Notes under the pieces: generated by a model
Databases searched by the model: none
Told to the model about the DNA's origin: nothing
Seen by the model: the letters and a program-made list of their open reading frames with translations, nothing else
Assembly (NCBI GenBank): GCA_004554165.1
Contig: SFNQ01000015.1
Location: forward strand, 3,375 to 67,374
DNA length: 64,000 nt
Origin: Clostridiales bacterium
Lineage (GTDB): Bacteria > Bacillota > Clostridia > Christensenellales > CAG-138
Direction: 5' to 3'
Shown here: positions 10,668 to 20,778 of the stretch, piece after piece
Layout of the letters: each line of letters starts with the position of its first letter
Position numbering within the stretch: position 1 is the stretch's first letter
Position numbers and translations under genes: made by a program

Positions 10668-12154
10668 GTTGATGCAAATGCCTCGATCGCCGCGGTAAGC
10701 CGCTGCTTTGTGCCGTCGGTAAGCTGGCCGGCGCGCTGGATTGCCGACAGCAGGACGGAGGATTCCTCCTGAAGCTGCAAAAGCAGCGCCCGGACAAACT
10801 CCTGCACCTGTTCTGCCGGAATCCCCGCCAGGGCGCGTCCGGTGTACGAAAGCAGCAGCGCAATCTCCTCCGACAGCGCATAGGGCCGCTGGGGCTTTTG
10901 CTTGAGCAGCTCCACAAGCCGCGTGCCCGCGTCCAGCTGCGCCTTTGTCGCGGCGTCCAGATCGGACCCGAACTGGGCGAAGATGGCAAGCTCCCGGTAC
11001 TGCGCAAGCTCCAGCCGGAGCGTCCCCGCCACTGCGCGCATGGCCTTGCGCTGCGCGCTCCGGCCCACGCGGGAAACCGAGAGGCCAACGTTCACCGCGG
11101 GCCGCACGCCCGCGCGGAACAGCTCGCTTTCCAGATAGATCTGCCCGTCCGTAATGGAGATCACATTTGTGGGGATATAGGCGCTGATGTCGCCCCCGGT
11201 GGTTTCAACGATGGGCAGCGCGGTCATGGAGCCGCCGCCGTGCGCCTCGTCCAGCTGGGCGCTGCGCTCAAGCAGCCGGCTGTGCAGGTAGAACACATCG
11301 CCCGGATAGGCCTCGCGTCCCGGCGGCCGGTGCAGCAGCAGCGAGAGCGTGCGGTAGGCCACGGCATGCTTGCTCAGGTCGTCGTACACCACAAGCGCAT
11401 CCCGCCCGCTGTACATGAACTCCTCCGCAATGGCGCAGGCCGCATAGGGCGCGATGTACTGCATGGCCGCGGGGTCGGAGGCGGTGGCCGCAACCACCAC
11501 CGTATAGTCCAGCGCGCCCGATTGTTCCAGAGTTTCGATCATCCCGGCGATGCTGGAAGCCTTCTGCCCGATGGCGCAGTAAACGCAGAGCATCTTTTTG
11601 CCGCGCTGGTTCAGGATGATATCCGTGACAATGGTGGTTTTTCCGGTCTGCCGGTCGCCGATGATGAGCTCCCGCTGGCCGCGGCCGATGGGAATCATGG
11701 CGTCCAGGGCGAGGATGCCCGTCTCCAGCGCTCTGTTCACCTTGCCCCGCGCCATGATGCCCGGCGCGTCGCATTCGATGGGCCGGTATGCCGTGTTGTG
11801 CGGCAGCTCCCCAACGAGCGAACGGCCCACCGGGTCTACAATGCGGCCGATGAGCGCATCGCCCACGGGCACCTGCATGGACTGCCCCGTGCCGCGGCAC
11901 ATGGAGCCCACCGCAGGCGTGCCGTTGAGCATGGCGGCGCGCAGGCAGTTCTCGTCCAGATGCAGCACAATGCCGTAAGCCTCGTCCTCAAAGCGGAGAA
12001 GCTCCCCGTAGCGGCAGTCCCGCAGGCCCCGCACCTCGACCACGCCGTCCGCAGAGGACGTAACCGTTCCATAATCGTAGGTGGTGGGCGCAAACGAGAG
12101 CTGCTCGAGCTGCTTTCTGATGTAGCTGCCGATATCGATTCCTGCCATCGTCAT
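10652..12154 (-). CDS. atpA: F0F1 ATP synthase subunit alpha
   Basis: GDRQTGKTT Walker A, 500 aa; start overlaps the atpH stop as ATGA. Confidence 0.97.
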
Positions 12155-12381
12155 TCTCCCCGCGCCAGCAGGTCCCGCACCTCGGAAAGGCGCGTTTTCA
12201 GGCTGGCGTCATAGACGTGGTTTCCCATGTAAATCTTAAAGCCGCCGAGCAGAGTGTCGTCGGTTTCCACCTGCATGCTCTGCACGGGCGTCCCCGTAGC
12301 CCGGTGGAGCCGCGCCTTGAGATGGGCGATATTCTCCCCGCCGAAATTCGCCGGCACAGCCAGAATAACGCGCCGCTTCAT
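12151..12381 (-). CDS. atpH: ATP synthase subunit delta (OSCP), C-terminal domain only (76 aa)
   Basis: Matches only the C-terminal part of delta (VETDDTLLGGFKIYMGNHVYDASLKTRL). ATGA overlaps with both atpF and atpA. Confidence 0.7.
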   Translation of the reverse strand: MKRRVILAVPANFGGENIAHLKARLHRATGTPVQSMQVETDDTLLGGFKIYMGNHVYDASLKTRLSEVRDLLARGE

Positions 12382-12896
12382 GTTCCGGTTCCCCCTTGGG
12401 CCTCCGCGCAGATCGCGTCAAAGTAGGCGTCGATGATATCCGCGTTGTCCTTTTCCGTTACCTCGCGACCGATCACGCGGCCTGCGATGTCCACGGCGAT
12501 GTCCGCCATATCGCGCCGAAGCTGCGCCGTCGCGTCCGCATGCTCCCGCCGGGCCTGCTGCCGCGCGCGGGAGAGCAGCTCCTCCGCGTCGGTCTGCGCC
12601 TGCGCCTGCATGGCGCGCACGGTCTCCTCCGCTCTTTTCAAAACCTCGGCCGCCTGCGCATCCGCATCGGCCTTGGACCGGGACAGCTGGTCAAGATAGG
12701 CTTCGTGCAGCCGCTTTGCCTCGGCCTTTTCCTCCGCAACCCGGTCAAATTCCGCCTGCACGCGGTCCGTTCGCGCCTGCAAAAAGCGCTGCACCGGCCG
12801 GTAGACCAGCGCGCGCAGAATCAAAAACAGCGCGACAATGTTGAGCAAATTCAGAATCAGACTGCCCAGGACGGAGCTGATGCTGTATCCTTCCAT
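12378..12896 (-). CDS. atpF: ATP synthase subunit b
   Basis: N-terminal TM helix followed by a long charged helix (RVQAEFDRVAEEKAEAKRL...), 172 aa. Confidence 0.85.
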   Translation of the reverse strand: MEGYSISSVLGSLILNLLNIVALFLILRALVYRPVQRFLQARTDRVQAEFDRVAEEKAEAKRLHEAYLDQLSRSKADADAQAAEVLKRAEETVRAMQAQAQTDAEELLSRARQQARREHADATAQLRRDMADIAVDIAGRVIGREVTEKDNADIIDAYFDAICAEAQGGTGT

Positions 12897-12910
12897 GAAT
12901 TTCCCCCGTT

Positions 12911-13129
12911 TCAGCGGACAAAGAGCATGATCAGCGCCGTGACAAAACCATAGATGGCGGTGGATTCCACCAGCGCCAGACCCAGCAGCAGAATGGAATT
13001 GATCTTGCCGGAGGCCTCGGGCTGCCGCGCAACCGCTTCCACGGCCTTTCCGGTTGCAAAGCCCATCATAATGCCCGCGCCCATGGCGGGAAGCAGCGCC
13101 AGCGCCGCGCCAATCGGTGTCAGATCCAT
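12911..13129 (-). CDS. atpE: ATP synthase subunit c
   Basis: 72-aa hairpin, ARQPEA loop, carboxylate in [13 protein letters not shown]; GAGGAGG RBS. Confidence 0.93.
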   Translation of the reverse strand: MDLTPIGAALALLPAMGAGIMMGFATGKAVEAVARQPEASGKINSILLLGLALVESTAIYGFVTALIMLFVR

Positions 13130-13142
13130 AGCAGTTTCCTCC

Positions 13143-14048
13143 TCATTCGATCGCTTCGTTGATAAAGGTCAGCGATAGCGTAATAAATATGAATACCTGA
13201 ATCAGCGGGTGGAACACGTTGAAGTACAGTCCCAGCACCGCAGGCGCGCCAAAGGCCGCGTTGCCCAGCGCAAAGTAAAGCAGTTCCATGACGATCATGC
13301 CGCCGAGCATGTTGCCGAACAGCCGGCAGGCCAGCGACACCGGCACCGCAACGTCCGTCAATATCTTGATCGGGAAGATGACCGGCGTAGGCCGGGCCAT
13401 GGAGCGGAGCCTTCCGCCCAGCCCCTTGCTGCGGATTCCGTAAAAGTTAATCAGGAAGAAGGTGACCAGCGCCATGGCAAAGGTGGTCAGAATGTCCGAG
13501 GTGGGGGCGCGCAGGCCCAGCAGCTCAACCGCGGCGCAGCCGATCATGTACAGTGCCACCGTAAACAGATATGCCGCCAGATTCTCTCCCAGCGGCCTGC
13601 ACAGATTCGCCCTGCAATATCGGGAGAGCCATTCTACCGCCAGCTCCACCACGTTTTGCAGCCCATGCGGCGTCTCCGTAAAGCGGGGAAAGACGAACAG
13701 GCGGAACAGCACCGCCAGCAGAATCAGCGCGCCGGAAACCGAAAAGCCCGTAAGCACCGCGCTGCTGACAGGAAGCCCCAACACCGACGTGAGCGGCGGC
13801 AGGATCTCCACGCTGAACTCCCGCTGCGAAGGACCGAACAGCAGCGAAATCAGCGCCGTAACCGAAAGCCAGACGCCCAGCCAGAACAGGACGGCAGGCA
13901 GGCGCTTCCTCCTGCGATAGCGCCTGACCTCCGGCTTCTGCGCATCCGCGGCGGGCTCAGGGAACTTCCGCGCCAGCGCGCGCAGCACAAGGCCGCCCGC
14001 TGCAAGCAGCGCGCCCAGAATCAGCAGCACCAGCGTTTTGACGTTCAT
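13143..14048 (-). CDS. atpB: ATP synthase subunit a, with an N-terminal extension
   Basis: Conserved Arg context [13 protein letters not shown]. 301 aa, with an extra N-terminal TM and a basic stretch. Confidence 0.9.
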   Translation of the reverse strand: MNVKTLVLLILGALLAAGGLVLRALARKFPEPAADAQKPEVRRYRRRKRLPAVLFWLGVWLSVTALISLLFGPSQREFSVEILPPLTSVLGLPVSSAVLTGFSVSGALILLAVLFRLFVFPRFTETPHGLQNVVELAVEWLSRYCRANLCRPLGENLAAYLFTVALYMIGCAAVELLGLRAPTSDILTTFAMALVTFFLINFYGIRSKGLGGRLRSMARPTPVIFPIKILTDVAVPVSLACRLFGNMLGGMIVMELLYFALGNAAFGAPAVLGLYFNVFHPLIQVFIFITLSLTFINEAIE

Positions 14049-14332
14049 TCCTCCGGCCCTCCCTTTTTCCTCTCGCGCAGCATGCCCAGCGCAAAGCGGA
14101 CGATCGCGCCGACCATCAGCCCGGCGATGAGCCCGACGCCCATGGGGAGCAGGTGCTGCTTTGCCACAAGCAGCGTAACCAGCAGCGCGCAGAGCAGTAC
14201 GCCGGCGTTGCCCAGCATTGCAAGCAGGGCCCTGCGCCGCTGCCCCGCAAGGATTGCCGAAGAGGCCGCCGCCAGCAGAAAGAGCGCCCCGACGCCTGCG
14301 GCGGCGCCGATCAGGATCGCAGCCATACCCAT
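14045..14332 (-). CDS. Small hydrophobic protein, AtpI/AtpZ-like by position
   Basis: First gene of the atp operon, three hydrophobic segments, stop overlaps the atpB ATG. ATG 14326 may be the real start. Confidence 0.5.
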   Translation of the reverse strand: MGMAAILIGAAAGVGALFLLAAASSAILAGQRRRALLAMLGNAGVLLCALLVTLLVAKQHLLPMGVGLIAGLMVGAIVRFALGMLRERKKGGPEE

Positions 14333-14587
14333 CCTTTCCGCGCCGCGGCAGGATTCTTTCCCGCCGGCCGGCGCATGTGCTTTTGAACCGGCCCCAATTA
14401 TAACACGTTGCGCCGGTTTGTAAAGCGCGGGAGAGAAATTCTTTATTCCAACTTAATTCTGCTCCCGGTTATTTTTCCCTTTGCGTCATTTTCTCTCTGT
14501 ACGAATCCCGTTTTTTATCTTATAATGGTTTTTAAATTTACCCGGCTGGCCGATGGGACTCCGCCCACAGCCGGAAGGAGGCTGCCA

Positions 14588-15967
14588 ATGAGTAAAATCG
14601 TGTTTGACGCGCATTCCAACCTGCTGCGCGAGAATTATTATTCCTACACCGTGCAGGACGTTAAGGAGCCGAATCTCTTCCCGGAAATCTTTCAGTACGA
14701 TCAGGTGCCGAAGATTGCCTTCAACCGCCGCATTGTGCCGATGCACATGCCGGATGAAATCTGGATCACCGATACGACCTTCCGTGACGGCCAGCAGTCG
14801 CGCGCACCCTTCACGCCCGCGCAGATTCTGCGCCTGTTTGACCTGCTGCACCGGCTGGGCGGCCCCCACGGCGTCATCCGCCAGAGCGAATTCTTCGTGT
14901 ACAGCAGGCAGGATCAGCGGGCGCTGGAGCTCTGTCAGGCGCGGGGGTATCGTTTCCCCGAGATTACCACCTGGATTCGCGCCACGGAGAAGGATTTCAA
15001 CCTGGTCCGGGAACTGGGCGTTTCCGAAACCGGCATCCTCGTCAGCTGCTCGGATTACCATATCTTCAAAAAGATGAACATGACGCGGATGCAGGCCATG
15101 GACCAGTATCTGGGCGTGGTCAAAATGGCGCTGGAGCGCGGCATCCGCCCCCGCTGCCACTTTGAGGACATCACCCGGGCGGATTACTACGGCTTCGTCG
15201 TGCCCTTTGCCCACGCGCTCTCAAAGCTCTCCGAGGAGGCGGGCATCCCCATCAAAATCCGCTGCTGCGATACGCTGGGCCTGGGCGTTTCCTACCCCGG
15301 AGCCTCGCTGCCGCGCAGCGTGCCCGGCATCATCTACGGCCTGCGGCATTACGCCAACATGCCCAGCACCCTTCTGGAGTGGCACGGACACAACGATTTC
15401 GGCAAGGTGGTCTGCAACGCCGCGACCGCCTGGCTGTACGGCGCGTCCTCGGTCAACTGCTCCATCCTGGGCATCGGCGAGCGCACGGGCAACTGCCCGC
15501 TGGAATCCATGGTTATGGAATACTGCTCCCTGCGCGGGCGCAGCGACGAGATGGAACTGCCCGTCATTACAGAAATTGCGGAGTACTTTGAAAAGGAAAT
15601 CGGCTACAGCATCCCGCCGCAGACACCCTTTATGGGCCGGGATTTCTGCGCCACCCGGGCCGGCATCCATGCCGACGGCCTGCTCAAGGACGAGCAGATC
15701 TACAACATTTTCAACACCGAGGCCATTCTGCACCGCCCGCCCTGCGTGCTGGTGGACGCGCACAGCGGACTCGCCGGCATCGCCTACTGGATGAATAACC
15801 AGTTTGGAAAGAACGGCAGGCGCTTTGAAAAGCAGGATGAGCTGGTGGCCAAAGTCAAGGCGGACGTGGACGCGCTCTACGCGCAGGGCCGCACCACCAC
15901 CATGAGCGATGCGGAGCTCAGGGCCATCTGCCATAAATACGCGCCGGAGCTGTCGCCGGACAAGTAA
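14588..15967 (+). CDS. HMGL-like (LeuA/NifV/Re-citrate synthase family) acyl-CoA:2-oxoacid condensing enzyme
   Basis: WITDTTFRDGQQS, HFEDITRAD, HGHNDFG motifs. ATG 14588 after GGAAGGAGG; the track start at 14408 is TTG in a hydrophobic junk leader. Confidence 0.85.
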   Translation: MSKIVFDAHSNLLRENYYSYTVQDVKEPNLFPEIFQYDQVPKIAFNRRIVPMHMPDEIWITDTTFRDGQQSRAPFTPAQILRLFDLLHRLGGPHGVIRQSEFFVYSRQDQRALELCQARGYRFPEITTWIRATEKDFNLVRELGVSETGILVSCSDYHIFKKMNMTRMQAMDQYLGVVKMALERGIRPRCHFEDITRADYYGFVVPFAHALSKLSEEAGIPIKIRCCDTLGLGVSYPGASLPRSVPGIIYGLRHYANMPSTLLEWHGHNDFGKVVCNAATAWLYGASSVNCSILGIGERTGNCPLESMVMEYCSLRGRSDEMELPVITEIAEYFEKEIGYSIPPQTPFMGRDFCATRAGIHADGLLKDEQIYNIFNTEAILHRPPCVLVDAHSGLAGIAYWMNNQFGKNGRRFEKQDELVAKVKADVDALYAQGRTTTMSDAELRAICHKYAPELSPDK

Positions 15968-15983
15968 CCGCCGCCCGCAAAAG

Positions 15984-16019
15984 GGCCCGCCTCCTGCCTG
16001 GGAAGCGGGCCGTTTTTTT
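15984..16019 (+). terminator. Rho-independent terminator
   Basis: GGCCCGC(15984-15990)/GCGGGCC(16005-16011) followed by T7. Confidence 0.6.
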
Positions 16020-16046
16020 CGCGCTGCGCGCCGTGGCTGTTGGGGG

Positions 16047-16976
16047 CTAAGCGGACAGGCCGCTCCGGGGCGCGCCCTTCTTTTCTCTGCGAACGAAAAA
16101 GCGCTCCGGAAGCTGCGCCAGCACAACGGCGACGAGCATCAGCGCGCAGCCGGTCCATTCCCGCCCGGAGAGGCGCTCGCCCAGAAACACCCAGCCCGCC
16201 AGCACCGCAAAGACCGACTCAAGGCACATCAGCAGCGAGGCCACCGTGGGATCCACATGTTTCTGACCGATGATCTGCGCGGTATACGCTACGCCGCAGG
16301 AGAGGACGCCCGCATACAGGAGCATATAGCGGCAGTTGTAAACCTGCTGCAGCGTCGCTGTCTCCGTCAAAAGCGCGCAGACAAGGCTCAGCGTTCCGGC
16401 GACAAAGAACTGCGCGCAGGAAAGCGCCACGCCGTCCACCAGCGGCGCAAAGCGGTCGATGATCAGGATGTGCAGCGCAAAGCACAGCGCCGCAGCCAGC
16501 GTAATGAGATCGCCGCGGTTGACCGTAAGGGCCTCCGATACGCAGAGAAAGTACAGGCTGCACACCGCAAGCGTAACGCCAATCCACAGGTTCACGCCCG
16601 CGCGCCGGCGCAGCGCAAGCCCAAGCACAGGCACCAGCACCACATAGAGCGTGGTCACAAAGGCGGACTTGCCCGCCGTGGTGTACACAAGCCCAAACTG
16701 CTGCAGCGTTGTCGCAAGCCACAGCGCCGCGCCGCACAGCGCGCCCGCCATAAGCCGCATTTTTGCCTCGCCCTGCGGCTGCCCGGCCCGGGCGCGCCTT
16801 CTGCCGCGGAACAGCGCGGCCGGAAGCAGCACAAGCCCGCCCAGCAGCATCCGCAGCGCGTTGAACGTAAAAGGCCGCAGGGACTCCAGCCCCACCACCT
16901 GCACGACAAAGCAGACGCCCCAGATGAGCGCAGCAAGCAAAAGCAGCAGGCTTCCGCCCAATTGTTTTCCCTTCAT
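16047..16976 (-). CDS. DMT/EamA-family transporter
   Basis: 10-TM pattern, LLLLLAALIWGVCFVVQ, two EamA-like halves. Confidence 0.85.
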   Translation of the reverse strand: MKGKQLGGSLLLLLAALIWGVCFVVQVVGLESLRPFTFNALRMLLGGLVLLPAALFRGRRRARAGQPQGEAKMRLMAGALCGAALWLATTLQQFGLVYTTAGKSAFVTTLYVVLVPVLGLALRRRAGVNLWIGVTLAVCSLYFLCVSEALTVNRGDLITLAAALCFALHILIIDRFAPLVDGVALSCAQFFVAGTLSLVCALLTETATLQQVYNCRYMLLYAGVLSCGVAYTAQIIGQKHVDPTVASLLMCLESVFAVLAGWVFLGERLSGREWTGCALMLVAVVLAQLPERFFVRREKKGAPRSGLSA

Positions 16977-17196
16977 GCGCGTTTGCCTCCGCATTCCCAC
17001 GAAATGTTACTTATTGTAGCAGGTTCCGCCCGGGCGCGCAAGGGCTGCGCCGGAGGCTGTTCTGCTCCGGGGCTTTTTGAAACGGATATGAAAAAACAGA
17101 GAATTTTCGCAACCATATGCCGCAAGGTTCAATTTCATGGTATAGTAAAATATCATATTAGTGTATGGGACAAAACCACAGGAGGCTTCGCAGGCT

Positions 17197-17625
17197 ATGG
17201 GTTATTTTGAAGAAATTGGAAAACGGATTGGCCATGTATCCAAAAGCGCGGTCAAAAAGGCCGCAGCCATTGCGGACGGGGCCGGCTTGTCCATGCAGAT
17301 CAACGGGCTGGAGCGCGAACGGGACCGCATCTGCCGCGACCTCGGCGCGGCCTACTTTGCCCGCCACGGCACCGCGCCGGAGCCGGAGCTGGCAGAACTG
17401 TGCTGTGCCGCCGCGCAGAAAACCGCAGAGATCGAGGCGCTGAAGCAGCGACTGCAGCGGCTCAAAAACCAGAAGCTCTGCCCGGCCTGCGGCTTTACGA
17501 ATCCCCGGGAAAACTGCTATTGCAGCAAATGCGGCAGCAAGCTGCCAGAGATTTTTGAGGACGGCGCGCCGGAGGCCGGGGCCCCGTGCGGCGACAGCGC
17601 ATCGGCGCAGGACGCGGCGGACTAG
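17197..17625 (+). CDS. Zinc-ribbon domain protein
   Basis: ATG 17197 after AGGAGG. Coiled region, then CPACGFTNPRENCYCSKCG. Confidence 0.6.
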   Translation: MGYFEEIGKRIGHVSKSAVKKAAAIADGAGLSMQINGLERERDRICRDLGAAYFARHGTAPEPELAELCCAAAQKTAEIEALKQRLQRLKNQKLCPACGFTNPRENCYCSKCGSKLPEIFEDGAPEAGAPCGDSASAQDAAD

Positions 17626-17846
17626 GCTGCGCTTTTCCGACTTGCTTTCAAGCAAAACCGCCCCGTCTCTGTCCCCGTTCAGGCCCTCCGCCGGGGTTTC
17701 GTTTTGCGGCGGGTTTGGCCTGCCCACTGGCAGGAAAGGCCCAGTCCCCGTCCTGATGCGGGCCGATGACAGGCAAAACAAAGGCCCGGCATGCTGCAAA
17801 AAAACAGTCTGCCGGGCCTTCTCCGCTTTGGCGTCCCCGCGCCCCT

Positions 17847-18935
17847 TTAAAACAGGCTCCGATACAGCGCAAACAGCGATTCCGGATCCCCGGGTACGCC
17901 TGTGGTGGCCTCGGGATTCTTTTTCGCGGTCTGCCGGGCATAGAGGCGCAGCTCCGCCTCCGACGGATGGATCTCCGCCGGAAAATGCTGCCGCGCATAG
18001 CCGGAGAGCGCCGCCTTTGTCAGCCCCAGCGCGGAGAGCGCCTGAGCCAGCCGTTTGGGCCGGTGCGCCTCCAGCGCGTCCAGATAGGCCGGGAGCACGA
18101 TGCTGTTGGCCCGGCCGTGGGGGATGCCGTGAAAATAGGTCAGCGGATACCCCATGGCGTGCATCAGCGTCGTCCCCGTCTGCGCGATGGCCATGCCGCC
18201 GAGCATGGAAATGAGCATGAGCATGTCCCGGATTCCCGCATGCTCGCCCCGCGCAAGCGGCTCCATGCACTCGCCAAAGAGCCCCAGCGCATACAGGTTC
18301 AGCGCATCGGTCACGGGCGTGGCCCGCATGGAAAGAAAGCTCTCAAAGCAGTGCTGGAAGGCGTCCATGCCCGTATGCAGCGTGACGTCGTATGGCAGCG
18401 ACTCCGTGTAGCCGGGATCCAGCAGGGCCACCCGCGGGAAGGTCAGCGGCCCGCCGAAGGAACGTTTGGTCTGCGCCGTGTCGTCGGTCATGATGGACCA
18501 GGGCGTGACCTCGCTGCCCGTGCCGCTGGTGGTCGGAACGGCCGCGATGGGCAGCACGCCTCCCGCATAGCCATACTGGAACAGACGCTCCTCCGGAATA
18601 TCGTTTGCCGCAAATACCGCGACGGCCTTTGCCGCGTCCAGCGGCGAGCCGCCGCCCACGCCGACGATGAAATCCGCGCCAAAGGCGCGCGCCTTTTCTC
18701 CGAGGGCGCGACATTCCCTGACGTTGGGGTTGTTTGTCACGCTCTCGGACGTTTCAAAGGCCACGCCCTCCGCCGTCAGCGCCGCCTCCACATCGGCAAG
18801 CGCCCCGCAAACACGTCCCGACCGCCGGCCTGCCACGACAAACGCCCGACGTCCCAGCGCCAGCAGGTCCGCGTTCTCCCGCACCGCGCCGCGGCCAAAG
18901 CGCACTCCGGCCGGCATTTCAAACGAAAACCGCAT
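17847..18935 (-). CDS. Iron-containing alcohol dehydrogenase
   Basis: GVGGGSPLDAAKAV, HAMGYPLTYFHGIPHG; GGAGG before ATG 18935. Confidence 0.9.
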   Translation of the reverse strand: MRFSFEMPAGVRFGRGAVRENADLLALGRRAFVVAGRRSGRVCGALADVEAALTAEGVAFETSESVTNNPNVRECRALGEKARAFGADFIVGVGGGSPLDAAKAVAVFAANDIPEERLFQYGYAGGVLPIAAVPTTSGTGSEVTPWSIMTDDTAQTKRSFGGPLTFPRVALLDPGYTESLPYDVTLHTGMDAFQHCFESFLSMRATPVTDALNLYALGLFGECMEPLARGEHAGIRDMLMLISMLGGMAIAQTGTTLMHAMGYPLTYFHGIPHGRANSIVLPAYLDALEAHRPKRLAQALSALGLTKAALSGYARQHFPAEIHPSEAELRLYARQTAKKNPEATTGVPGDPESLFALYRSLF

Positions 18936-18966
18936 GACAGATATCCTCCTCTTTTTAGATGCTCCC

Positions 18967-20061
18967 TCACGGCTTGCAGCGGCTGCAGGGCGCAAAGCCC
19001 GCCTCCACCGCTTCCTCCCGCGAGGAAAAATAACGGCTGTTTTCTTCGGTCGGCAGGCCGCCGCAGGTGAGCCTGTGGAATTTTCCAGAGCTGATATTCC
19101 CGATATACCACGTTCCCTCCGGCACGGCGGAGGATCTCTCCGGGGCGGGCGTATCCCAGGACAGCGGCGCGGCTGCGTTCTTCTCCGTCGAAACGGAGAT
19201 TTCGGCCCCGTCGCTCCGGCAGCAGACCGTCCCCACCTGATCGGTACGGTAAATGACCGTGCCCGCGTCCAGAAGGCGGCTCAGCACCACTTCGTCCGGC
19301 AGTCCGTAGGAATTGTTTTCGCCCACGGAGATCACCGCGTACTGCGGCATGACCTCGCGAAGAAAGGCATAGGAGGTTGAGCTTTGGCTGCCGTGATGCC
19401 CGACCTTGAGCACGGTTGCGGACAGATCGGCGCCGCCTTCCACGATCTGCAGCTCCGCCGCCCGCTCCGCATCGCCGGTAAACAGGAAGGAGGTTTCCCC
19501 ATAATCCACGCGCAGCACCAGCGAGCTGTCGTTGACGTCCTCCACATGCGCTACGGGCGAGAGAAACTCCACGCGGGCGTCGCCCAGATAAAAGCTGTCG
19601 CCCGCCTGCGGTACGGTCAGCCCGCAGCCCTGCTCCTCCACATGCTTTTGAAATTTCTGGAAGACCTTGGTTTCGTCGCTCGTCACGGGCGCGTACACCG
19701 TATCCACGCTGCACTCCGCGACTGCGGCCGCAAGCCCGCCCACATGGTCCTCATGGGCATGCGTACACACCACCACATCAAGATGCGTCACGCCCTGTCT
19801 TCGCAAAAAGGAGACGATCAGGCTGCTGTCGCCCCTGTTGCCGCCGTCGATCATCATGGCGTGGCCATCGGTCAGCAGCAGCGCCGCGTCCGCCTGCCCC
19901 ACGTCGAGGAAGTAGACCGAAAGGCCGGAATACGACTCCGACCCCAACCCGTACCGGGTTTCCTCCAGTTGCAGCAGGAAGAAAACCGCCGCAAGCAGCA
20001 GCAGGGCCGTGAACGCCAGCGACAATATCCGAAAAATATCGTTTCTTGACTCTTTTCTCAT
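18967..20061 (-). CDS. MBL-fold metallo-hydrolase (ComEC C-terminal-like) with N-terminal TM anchor
   Basis: THAHEDHVGG motif, LDVGQADA, C-terminal Cys pairs (HRLTCGG...CSRC). Confidence 0.85.
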   Translation of the reverse strand: MRKESRNDIFRILSLAFTALLLLAAVFFLLQLEETRYGLGSESYSGLSVYFLDVGQADAALLLTDGHAMMIDGGNRGDSSLIVSFLRRQGVTHLDVVVCTHAHEDHVGGLAAAVAECSVDTVYAPVTSDETKVFQKFQKHVEEQGCGLTVPQAGDSFYLGDARVEFLSPVAHVEDVNDSSLVLRVDYGETSFLFTGDAERAAELQIVEGGADLSATVLKVGHHGSQSSTSYAFLREVMPQYAVISVGENNSYGLPDEVVLSRLLDAGTVIYRTDQVGTVCCRSDGAEISVSTEKNAAAPLSWDTPAPERSSAVPEGTWYIGNISSGKFHRLTCGGLPTEENSRYFSSREEAVEAGFAPCSRCKP

Positions 20062-20168
20062 AGAAATCAGTATAACATCCCCCTTTCAGCGCCGCAAGCG
20101 TGGCCGCGCTTGTCAGGCCGCCGCGGCTTCTGTTATACTGAATGTATATTCCAATGGGGAGGCAGACC

Positions 20169-20774
20169 ATGCAGTTTGATGAATTGAACCATGCGCTGAG
20201 CGCCCGCGGCTTTCTGCCGCAGTCCTTTTCCGCCGCCGCAGAGGCCAGGCAGGCCGCGCTGGACATCATCGGCGACCGCAGCGTGGGCATTGGCGGTTCC
20301 GCCACGGTGCGCGACATGGGCCTGTACGAGGCGCTGGCCCAGCGGGGCAATCCCGTACACTGGCACTGGAAGGTGGCAAAGCCCAACAAGCAGCGCGAGC
20401 GCGACGCCGCGCTCACGGCGGACGTATACCTCTCCTCCGCAAACGCCATCCTGACCGACGGCCGCATTCTTAACATCGACGGCACGGCCAACCGCGTCGC
20501 CGGCCTTATCTATGGCCCGCCTGCGGTGATCGTCATCGCCGGACGCAACAAGATCGTCTCCTCCATCGACGAGGGCATCCAGCGCACCCGGCGCGACTGC
20601 TGCCCGGAGAACGCGCGGCGGCTGGGCCTCGATACCCCCTGCGCGCGCACGGGCCGCTGCGCCGATTGCAGGACAGCATCGCGCATGTGCAACGTTATTA
20701 CCATACACGAAGCGCCCACCCGCGTGGTAAAGGAGTTCCACGTTCTGCTGGTGGACGAGGATCTGGGGCTGTAG
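20169..20774 (+). CDS. LUD-domain (LutC/YkgG-like) protein
   Basis: IGGSATVRDMGLYEAL...ANAILTDGRILNIDGTANRVAGLIYGP; C-terminal Cys cluster. Confidence 0.8.
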   Translation: MQFDELNHALSARGFLPQSFSAAAEARQAALDIIGDRSVGIGGSATVRDMGLYEALAQRGNPVHWHWKVAKPNKQRERDAALTADVYLSSANAILTDGRILNIDGTANRVAGLIYGPPAVIVIAGRNKIVSSIDEGIQRTRRDCCPENARRLGLDTPCARTGRCADCRTASRMCNVITIHEAPTRVVKEFHVLLVDEDLGL

Positions 20775-20778
20775 GCGC

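Noticed and set aside
15909-19070. Long overlapping ORFs 15909..17210 (+), 17158..18270 (-) and 17766..19070 (+)
   Set aside because: They overlap the EamA, zinc-ribbon and Fe-ADH genes in other frames or strands, and their composition is Arg/Gln/Pro-rich noise.
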